Assembly: GCF_026210795.1 (NCBI RefSeq)
Contig: NC_089434.1
Span: forward strand, 3,906,001 to 3,970,000
Direction: 5' to 3'
Length of the DNA stretch: 64,000 nt
Source of the DNA: Rhizophagus irregularis
Taxonomy: Eukaryota
A program made the translations under genes and the position numbers. The notes beneath the pieces were generated by a model. It saw only the letters and a program-made list of their open reading frames with translations, was not told the origin of the DNA and searched no databases. Positions 53,938-64,000 of this stretch are shown here, in pieces. Numbering within the stretch: the first letter of the stretch is position 1; the number at the start of each line of letters is the position of its first letter.

Positions 53938-55603
53938 AAGAGTAACCATTTTGGAACCAAAAATACGTTATTATTTTAGCTGAAGAAAAATGTTAAGAAG
54001 CTCATGTTTATGTCTCAACATCATTTTTTAATTTGATAATAGTATGGTATATATAAAAAATATTTACAATAAATATTAAACTTTCGATATAATTATATTT
54101 AAAACGTATCAAATTATAAATTATATTATTTATAATTACTTTTAAAATTTAAACTGTATTCAAAAAATATTGAATTAAAACATATACGAGATCTTGAAAT
54201 TAATATTAATCATCTATTGATTTTTTATATATATTTAAGAATATAATAGAATGGCGTCCTGATGAAATTTTAAATTTGTTGACCTACGAATTTTAAATTT
54301 TCTTCACTATTGTGGTAAGTTAAGAATTAGCAACTTACTTCTATGATTGTAATTGTACTATATCCTATTAGGGGTCCACAATATTTTTTTAAAAAGTTAC
54401 TTATTTTTATTTTATTTTATTTGTGTTCCTTTACTTTCGTTGTCTTTTTGTTTATTTTTTTCTGGTACAGTAGAGGTGCGTTTCCAGAGAATTGTTGGCT
54501 TACGCACCCGAATCAATATTAAGATTACTACTTTTTTTTGTAGTTTCTTCCATGATCATGTTGTCCTTGAAATTTCTTTAGAAATGAATTGATATCTCCA
54601 TTCAGCATAGTATAATGAGTTGACAAATCATTTTAAAGATAGATTGACCGATACTGTAATACATGTATGGTACCGGTTAAATTTTCGGTGAATTAGCGTT
54701 ACAAGTTACTAGAAAGTGCTGTCACGTGATACTATGTTATTATGTTCTGTATATATAAGCATTTATAACAGTTTATTAACTATGGGCAGATATTTGACGA
54801 TTATTGCAAAGTTTATGTTAATTATATGTTGATAAAGAGATGTTTGTGTCTATTCGTTTAAATATATGCGAATGAAATGTTCCTTACAATTATTTATTAT
54901 TTATTGCTATTACTAGTAGATTATTACCCATTAAAATATAATTTATTAACTGAAAAAAATGAAATATAAGCTCGCTCAAATTAATTTATAAATCAAATAG
55001 GAACAGAAAATACAATCAAGGATGTGTTATAATATCCATTACATTTGCAAACAGTAATTCAAAATGTTTTATTGCAATATGTTACCTAAACGCTTAGTGT
55101 GCAATGCTGTTCATTACATAAAGAAATTAAGAATTAATTTCCTTATCAGACTAGTAGTACAGTATTACGTCCCGATGATTATTTAGTCAGCAGCAAAGGG
55201 TTATCCAATATATCCAAAAGAAGCTCAAAAAATGGCAAGTAAATAATTTAAAATATGTTAATTTTATTATAATATTAAACATGATTTATTTATTTAGATG
55301 ATTATAAGATTAATTTTTTCTTTGATTTATATAAACGAGTCAAAAGTATCATAAGATATTTATGAAAACATAGAATTGTAGGATTGAGTCAGTCTGGACA
55401 AGTCTCTTGGTCTACACGATAAAAGTTGAGGGATTAGTCCATCACAGTAAAGTTAATTTTACTTTCTGGAACATGTGCATGCATTAAATTTAGTTGTATG
55501 TTATTTTATTCTTATCTTACATTATACTTGTGTTATATATATCATTATATCATGCTATAAAAAATTTCTTCCCCAAAATACTTAAAATTAGCGTACTGTA
55601 TTT

Positions 55604-57098
55604 TGCTTCAGGTAGTGCTTCGATCCGTTTCTGTCTCATCCGGATGAATCCGGATGAATCCGGATTTTTTTTTTATCCGGATATCCGGATTTTGACCCGG
55701 ATTTTGATCCGGATGGAAAATATCCGGTTTGAACCGGAATCCGGATGAGTTTTCATATATATTTACTATATTCACGCAATATATCGCCATCCAGTAATCG
55801 TAGAAAGACGATTAATGGCTCATTGGAATCGTCGCATCGAGAGCTTTCGAATGGTACTAAAATGAGCTTTCTAGCTTCGATAGATGATGAGATAATTTTA
55901 AAATATTTACATGAATAACTCGCCATCTATTGATGCTAGAAAGGTTATTTTGGTACCATTCGAAAGCTCTCTATGAGTGGATTCTAATGATCCATTAATC
56001 ATTTTTTTACGATCACTGGATAGCGAGTTATTGCGCGAAAACAGTTCTGACTAATTAGAAAAGAACTGTAAAATAGTTTTTTTTTAAATGTAAAATATAT
56101 TTAAATGTTCTTTATTTTATTAACTTTAAAAATGTAAAGAATACACCTTTTTCAATTCAAATATGCAGATAAAAAAAAATTTTAAAAAATAAAAATTTTT
56201 GCTAAATTGTTAGAGTATTTGAAAAAAAAATACAAAATAAAAAAATTAATTATTTACTATTCTTCTCCATAAAGTTTATTAAAAAAGCCCAGATTCTTAT
56301 TAAATAAAAGCCATAAAGTTCATAAAAAAAGCCTAGATTCTTATTAAATAAAAGCCATAGTGTTTATTTAACAAAGCCACATACTGTATTTTAATACATA
56401 AAGTTTAATTAAGTTGTAAAAGTTACAAAGTATAGCTATAAATTCTAAAAATTAAATTGATATTAATATTAATTTAATCCAAATTTCATAAAATATTTGT
56501 TAAAATTTTTTGATAATAAATATGTTGGAATGCTATTCGATGTTTATTATATGGATCATCAACTAGTAAAAAAAATTTTATATGTAAATCCAATCCGGAT
56601 TCCGGTTTCCATCCGGATTATCTGACCCGGATATTAATCCGGATCAATCCGGATAGAATCCGGATTTTTTTTTTGTGTAATCCGGATGACGGTTTTCATC
56701 CGGATCGAAGCACTAGCTTCAGGTGTTGATTTGCGTCAGATGTAGATTGACACCTGACGCACGTCACTTGTCTATTATAATTTTTCCAGTCTTAATAATT
56801 TTTTATTATTAAATAAATTTATTTATCACATTAAAAAATATGCAATCCTAAAATATAAAATTGATTAGACTCGAATTCATAGAAAACACAATTATTTAGT
56901 TATTACAAGATTTTTTAAGTATATAAATTAAATAAGTATAAAACTTTTATAATATGTATAATACATTGTGATGTATTAGTTTATTTATAGAATAAAAAGT
57001 GGTTCATTAATAAAAAAAAAGTGTTTACTATGGAAGACTCTATTGTGTATCAAAGTATCAGTTATCAACTGATAAAAATTGACACCTCACCTGAAGCA
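55604..57098. mobile_element. Older MITE whose left TIR was interrupted by the hAT element
   Basis: Removing the hAT and one TSD restores TGCTTCAGGTG, the reverse complement of CACCTGAAGCA at 57088-57098; ATTGACACCT motif near both ends. Confidence 0.6.
55613..56715. mobile_element. Non-autonomous hAT element, 1.1 kb
   Basis: Perfect 15-bp TIRs TAGTGCTTCGATCCG and CGGATCGAAGCACTA; exact 8-bp TSD GCTTCAGG (55605-55612, 56716-56723); dense ATCCGG/CCGGAT subterminal motifs at both ends. Confidence 0.93.
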
Positions 57099-57989
57099 CG
57101 ATATATATATTTTAAAACTAACATTGCATTTCAATTTTACTTAATTTCAGTAATACATTCTAAAACTGTGTTTTAATTTTTTAATTTTATGTATATTACA
57201 TAGCATGTTTGCACCACTTAAACATAAAATGAAATTTCAAAAGAAATACTGGTTCCACTAAATAAAATAACAACATTACATTATATATTCATTATGCTCC
57301 TATATAATATTGAATATTGATAGCCAATAAAATTAATATCAAAATGGTACTATATCACATGATTATTAACATAAATGAACAAGTTCATGTTTTTAACCAA
57401 ACAAGTTATTATATATATATTGTATATTAATGTTATTATTTTTTCAACAATCATTATCCATTCACTTAAAATAATTACTATACTGCTTTGTTGTTTTTAT
57501 AATCCTTATAAGAAATATGTGTGTCATAACATTTATTAAATTGCTTACATTTTTTATAATTTTGTACAAGTATTATGAGTATTTTGATTTTAGATAAGAT
57601 TTATTTATTTAACAAGTCATAGTGATATTTTATGAAGCAATATAAGTTTTTTTATAAATCAATTGGTTTAAAAAAAGCAAAGATGGGCTTATTATTAGTA
57701 TGGGCTGTGTGTTTATTAAACAAGTTTTTACAAAATCCAAAAAAAAGTTTAACAAATTAATTTTAAACAAGTATGAGAAGAAAATGTGAAAAGGTTTACC
57801 ATCTCTGATGCTGGTGTGGCTTTTAATGTAACTTTGCCAAGCCTTTTTTTAATTTTAATTATAACACAGCCCTCTGCAATAATAGTAGTCAAAGCATTTT
57901 GCATATAAATACAACTTGTCTAGCTGTTTCACAATTTATTTTTTTTTTTTACCATTTCTTTCTTTCCTTCTCTTGACAAAATATCCATG

Positions 57990-60900
57990 TTGGATTATAT
58001 ACTACAATCTGATGTTAATTAATAATTTATTAAATTTATTAGCATGTGATTGAATGTCAATCAAATTCATATTCACCTGAATTCAATTAGTAATACAAGA
58101 AAAGAAAGAAAATAAAGAATTACCAAGAATTTTGAAAGAAATTAAATTATTAAAAATTTTTGAAAATTATGAGAACCAAATAGACAAGTGTCTACTTGCT
58201 TCTATTACTTGAAAATTTATATTATGTAAAGAGAAAAAAAAGCAATGATGAAAATGATAGTGAATTCTGAAATCATTAAAATATTTAAATATTCTTATTT
58301 GTATTCTTTACATACTAATTTTAAAATATATCAGAAAATAATCTCTTGTAGATGAATAATATTTAGAAGTGAATAATGTATTATACTAATTCATGCATAT
58401 ATAATGAATAGACCAAGCAGAAGTGATTCCTCTATTTCTTTGAATTATTTACTACAATCTGATGTTAATTAATAATTTATTAAATTTATTAGCATGTGAC
58501 TGAATGTCAATCAAATTCACATTCATCTGAATAATTCAATTAGTAATACAAAAAATTAAAGAATTAACAAGAATTTTTGAAAGAAATTAAATTATCAAAA
58601 ATTTTTGAAAATTATGAGAAAGTGAACTAATTAGCTCCGAATTCGCCAAATTTATAACAGATACCAATCAGTACAGCGTGAATCATAACAAAAATAGGAG
58701 TCACTTCTAGTGACTACACTAAAGACTGCCAATTTTTTTATTTCTGAGGTGTAATAAAGTACTTCTAAATTTAGAATAGTAACGGCCCCTTGTATAAAAT
58801 ATTTATAAGTGGTTCATTTCAAAGTTAAGATTATAAGAAGTGAACCAAATAGTTGAGTGTTTACTTACTTCTATTACTTGAAAATTCTCGATTTTGAAAA
58901 AAATAAAGATAACTTGAAGAAATTTCATGGTATATAACAATCTGTTCCAACTTGATTGCATTTTCTTTAATGTATCATTGTATCCTCATTTAGATTTCGC
59001 TGGCCCAGCCATCTAGATTGAATATCTATGATCGCCATGAAATTTTCAATTATATTATTGATCCTAGATGGGAAGTCAAGGAAGAAATGGCAAACAATAC
59101 TATTGTGTATTATCATTTTATTGAAGCCAGAGCTTTTGATAGCTCAAAAGGAACCCATGTGTTAATTATAAATGGACAAATAAAAGATTATTACATATCA
59201 TGTATAGAAAAAAAAGTAATGATGAAAATGATAAAATATTGAAAAATTATTCTTATTTTTAGAATGGAAAAAGGTACATGAATTTAAATATACAAATGAT
59301 CAAGATGATGGCAAAAATATATCAGACCTCTCTTACTCATATTCAAAAATCACTTAATCATAGCAGTTTAATAAAAGTTACAAGCATTTTTTGGAATAAT
59401 GCTTCAATTGAAGAAAAAACAATTTATAAAAAACTGTTTAAACGTGTGAAGAATTATATTTTCAAAAATAATCTTACCAGAATAGAACAATTACTGGTAC
59501 ATTATGATTATTATTTTTAAAGTAATAGCATTGGTATTTATATTTTTACCTTAATAAATACCATTATAAATTCTTAAAAATTTAGTGAAAGATAATTATT
59601 TTAATAATTCTATTAGAGCTGTTGCTGGTAATAATTTTAAAGAAAATTTAATAAAATATTATGATTACTATCTTGGCCTTTTATATATTAATGGAGGACT
59701 CTATTCCAGCTAAATTTGAAATTCAAATAGGCAATTTTCCAGATGCACTAATGCTTTTTGTTTCTTGAATTATTTAAATGTGATAGTAGTATGATGTTGA
59801 TAAAGATTACCCAAAGGGCTTTTGAATTATGTAAAATATCAGCTGAAGAAGGTTGTTATTTAAAAGGAATTACTATTTATAAATATGATGATTATAATTT
59901 TCAAAGTAAAAACAGTGGTATCTTAATCTCAGTAAACTAATTACTATTCACTTCTTTTCTTAAAAATTTATATCACATACCACCATAATAAAGAAAATAA
60001 AGAAATAATCATTATCAAAATATAGTGGGTAATAAATAAATAATAATGCAAACTCAATAACAGATAACAAAGAAGATGTAATACCTTAATGATGGCCAAT
60101 ACTTGAAAATTTATATCATGTATAGAAAAAAAGTGATAATGAAAATAATGGAAATATTGAAAAATTATTCTCATCTTTAGAATGGATTATTGGAAAAAGG
60201 TGCACGAATTTAAATATTCAATTAATTCAAATAATTGAGATATATATCAGGCCTCTCTTACTCATATTAACTAATCATTCAATTAAAACAGTTTAGTAAA
60301 ATTACAAGCATTTTTTGGAATAATGCTTCTATTGAAGAAAAAACAGTTTATAAAAAACTGTTCTTCTCAAAAATGATCTTACTAGAATAAAACTATTACT
60401 GGTACATTATGATTATTTTAAAGTAAAATACCATTATAAAATACTTGAAAATTTAGTGAAAGATGAGTATTAAATCTATACTATTTTTAACATTTTAAAG
60501 GAAGAAAATATAAAGATAATTAAGGAAAAAGTAGTTTTAGTTTATATGGAAATTAATTCTGAATCATTGAATACTTAAATATTCTTTTTTTAAACTGCTC
60601 ACATTATATATATTCCTTTGACTATTCTAACATGCTAATTTTAAAATATATCAGAAAATAATCTCTTGCAGATGAATAATATTTAGAGGTGAATAATGCA
60701 TTATACTAATTCATGCATATATAAGGAATTAGGAATAGACCAAACAGAAGTGATTTCTCTATTTCTTTGGATTATTTACTACAATCTAGTGTTAATTAAT
60801 AATTTATTAAATTTCTTAATGCAATCAAATTCACATTCACCTGAATTCAATTAGTAATACAGCAAATTAAAGAATTACCAAGAATTTTTGAAAGAAATTA

Positions 60901-61450
60901 AATTATATAAAATTTTTGAAAATTATGAGAAAGTGAACTAAATAGATAAGTGATTCACTTCAAAGTTAAGATTATGAGAAAGTGGGCCAAATAGTCTTAC
61001 TTCTATTACTTGAAAATTTATATCATGCATGGAAAAAAAAGCAATGATGAAAATGATAGTGAATTCTGAATCATTTAAATACTTAAATATTCTTTTTTTA
61101 AACCACTCACATTATTTTCCTTCAACAAATATTCTCACATACTAATTTTAATAAATATATCAGAAAATAATCCCTTGTAGATGAATGAATATTTAGAAGT
61201 GAATAATGCATTATACTAATTCATGCATATATAAAGAATAGACCAAGTAGAAATGATTTCTTTATTTCTTTGGATTATTTATTACAATCTAGTGTTAATT
61301 AATAATTTATTAAATTTATTAACATATGATTGAATACAATCAAAATCAAATTCACATTCACTTGAATTCAATTAGTAATACAGGAAATTAAAAAATTACC
61401 AAGAAATTAAATTATCAAAGATTTTTGAAAATTATGAGAAAGTAAACTAG
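57990..61450 (+). repeat. Modular repeat region with duplicated 350-500 bp blocks and decayed gene fragments (HMG-box-like, Sel1-like)
   Basis: Module AYTACAATCT..TGTTAATTAATAATTTATTAAATTT at 58001, 58451, 60778 and 61281; module CAGAAAATAATCYCTTG at 58332, 60652 and 61160; IKVTSIFWNNASIEEKTIYKKL block at about 59370 and again at about 60295. Confidence 0.8.
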
Positions 61451-62099
61451 TGTTTCACTTTAAAGTTCTTTGCTGAAACCTCTGATTTAGCAACTTTAAC
61501 GCTTCTAGCATGTGACTATCACGTGATTATATGGTCGATCGCTAGTGGCATTTTTTTCGTCTAGACTGTCCAGTTTCTACCTCACTACTTTATATTTTCT
61601 ACATGGAGGTAATATGAAACTTTATTTGTTTTTTAATTGTGAAAAATACGTTTTTAATTTTTGAAAATACAATTATTTTTATTTTTAAAAAACATGTAAT
61701 TATAGATTCTGTCATTTCACTTCATATCTGTTATATAGAAGCGATAAGTTGTATACAAACCATAATAAGATGCTCGTTATTGGATATCATACAATAGTTA
61801 TTTTTTTTAAAAAAAAAAAAATTAAGTAACGCATTTTATTATTAATTATTAAAATTTTAATAGATTACATAATTTTTTTTATCAATAATAAATTATTAAT
61901 TGTATAATTGTAAAATATTGTAATTTAATTATAACATACACAAATAGTACAATATCTTATATAAAAATTAATTCCTCTTGTTATGATTGGATTGCCGCGG
62001 ATTTTTAAGCGATCAACGTACTAAGTTTCCGTTGACATAGCGCCCCTGGTGACACAACCATAACAAGGTGGGAACCCATTCAAGAATAAAATACAATTG

Positions 62100-62823
62100 T
62101 TTCAAATTTTAAGAATGTACATGGTTAAAGAATATATATAAAATGGGCGTATGTCACGTTCTGTTTCTATTTCATGATCATCATCACAAATCTTTTCAGA
62201 ATTATCCATAATTGTACTATAATCTAATTTGAAAGGCCCAGAAATGCTAAAATCATTGAGTGTATCATCAAATGCTGGTCCTAATTCATCATCAGAAATA
62301 GAAATGACATTAAGGTCTGGTTTAGATCCATTAAATCAATATTTGAAATTTACAAAAATAAAATAATGGTAAATTTCAAAATTAATTACCGGCTTCAGCT
62401 TCATATTCTTGAATCGAAGTATCACATTTAATCACTTGTTTTTTATTACCCCGGATACGATCACCAATTAAAGTAAATGCAAATCAGAAATTGAGAAAAA
62501 ATTGCTAAAATAGAAATTATCACTAATTTTTTTTAAAAAAAAGTCTGAACTCTGAAGACATTACCCACAGTAGTCTTTAGCACTTGGGTTGAACTTACAG
62601 AAGATTCAATTGGTTGATGTATATCACTACTATGATCACGACCACGACCACAACCTCGTCCACGTCTACCGCCATTTTTTTCACGACCTTCTAATTAAAT
62701 TAAAAAGTACTAAATAAAAAAATTATAATCATATTATATTGCAATTTTATATAAAAAATATTTACTTGTGACTTCTGCTTCATTTTGCATGGTAGTTTTT
62801 TGTTCTTTTCGTACTCTTGTCAT
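62100..62823 (-). CDS. Possible small multi-exon hypothetical gene with RG-rich segment
   Basis: ATG 62823 gives MTRVRKEQKTTMQNEAEVT|KGREKNGGRRGRGCGRGRDH... in frame across a GT-AG intron; later exon-like acidic segments; the 3' structure is unresolved. Confidence 0.35.
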
Positions 62824-63299
62824 TTTAAAAAAAATAAATAATAATTTAAAAATGTTTTTTTTTATAAAATTGGAAGTACTGTACTAGTTACGAAATTTAA
62901 AAAAATTATTTTTTTATTACTAATTTTATTATCAAGAAACAAAAGTTTATAAAAGTTTATTTTTAAACTTAATATAAGAAAAAGTCTATTATATGTTTAA
63001 GTTTATTTAGGCGAATAATTTAAATTTGAAACTTTAATATATAAAACCCATATATGTTAATAAATAAGCTTCTATATATATATTTTAATAAATAAACTTT
63101 TTTATACTTCTCACGGTTGCAAGTTTTGAAAATATCTAATTAAATTACCCTGACGTAATTGTGGCTAATCACATGATGATCACATTATCTTTAACATTCG
63201 GTCTTCAATAAATTTTTTCCTTAAAAAAAAATGATTGGATGATCAGATTTGATTATCTGATCTTTTTTTTAATTAATTTTTTTTTCTTCAGTTTCTTCA

Positions 63300-64000
63300 A
63301 GAACAGACCGAACGGGTTCTTTCAGAACGGTGATTTGGACTTCTAAGAATGCAAGAGGTGCGGAAGCTGGAAGGTTAGTATATTTCATTTTTTCTTTTCA
63401 TTTTTTTTTCATTTTTTTTTTGCTTACTTTATTTATTTCTTTAGGAATTGTCTCTTTTGGAACGAATATAAGAGATACGGGAAGGTTAGTATATTTTTTC
63501 GTTATATATATATATTTTTTCTTTTTTTTTATTTTATAATTTTCAGTTTTTTCTTTCTTTTATTTACTTTATTCTTATTTCTTTAGGAACGGTCTCTTCT
63601 TTCGGAATAGCAGTTTCGATGGATTTCTAAGAATGCAAGATAGACGGGAGGTTAGTATATTTTTCGTTTATTTTCATTTTTTTTATTTATTTTTTTCTTT
63701 ACTCACCTTATTTTTATTTCTTTAGGAATGATCTCTTCTTTCGGAATGGCAGTTTCAGTGGATTTCTAAGAATGCAAGATAGACGGGAGGTTAGTATATT
63801 TTTCGTTTATTTTCATTTTTTTTTATTTATTTTTTTCTTTACTCACCTTATTTTTATTTCTTTAGGAACGGTCTCTTCTTTCAGAACAGCAGTTTCAGTG
63901 GATTTCTAAGAATGCAAGATAGACGGGAGGTTAGTATATTTTTCGTTTACTTTCATTTTTTTTATTTATTTTTTTCTTTACTCACTTTATTCTTATTCTT
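63300..64000 (+). repeat. Tandem array with about 140-bp unit, continuing past the window end
   Basis: CTTTAGGAAYG starts at 63581, 63720 and 63860 with near-identical units; more diverged copies at about 63300-63580. Confidence 0.95.

Noticed and set aside
63300..64000. CRISPR-like array
   Set aside because: Whole units are repeated with no unique spacers, the context is eukaryotic and no cas genes are present.

Overview
AT-rich eukaryotic DNA with short GT-AG introns. The gene families present (TKL-type kinases, kinase-Sel1 fusion, F-box/LRR, HMG fragments) point to an arbuscular mycorrhizal fungus (Glomeromycota, Rhizophagus-like); this taxon call is an inference. Apparently intact genes: a divergent histone H4/H3 pair, a two-repeat Myb-like gene, a 96-aa single-repeat Myb-like gene, an F-box/LRR gene, a kinase-Sel1 gene, and a TKL-type kinase with a possibly frameshifted tail. 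Pseudogenes: two F-box/LRR copies and a SulP/SLC26 transporter. Much of the rest is mobile DNA: several poly(A)-tailed retroposon copies with no recognisable RT core, a decayed PIF1-type Helitron, a family of CCC-terminated elements with 3-bp TSDs, a hAT MITE nested in another MITE, and tandem repeats. The most notable item is a complete 1.9-kb retroposon with poly(A) tail and an 18-bp TSD that encodes only an ORF1-like protein (HAL1-like) and sits at the start codon of an F-box gene. Several retroposon ends share a structured 3' UTR architecture. All calls were made by eye, with no database searches.
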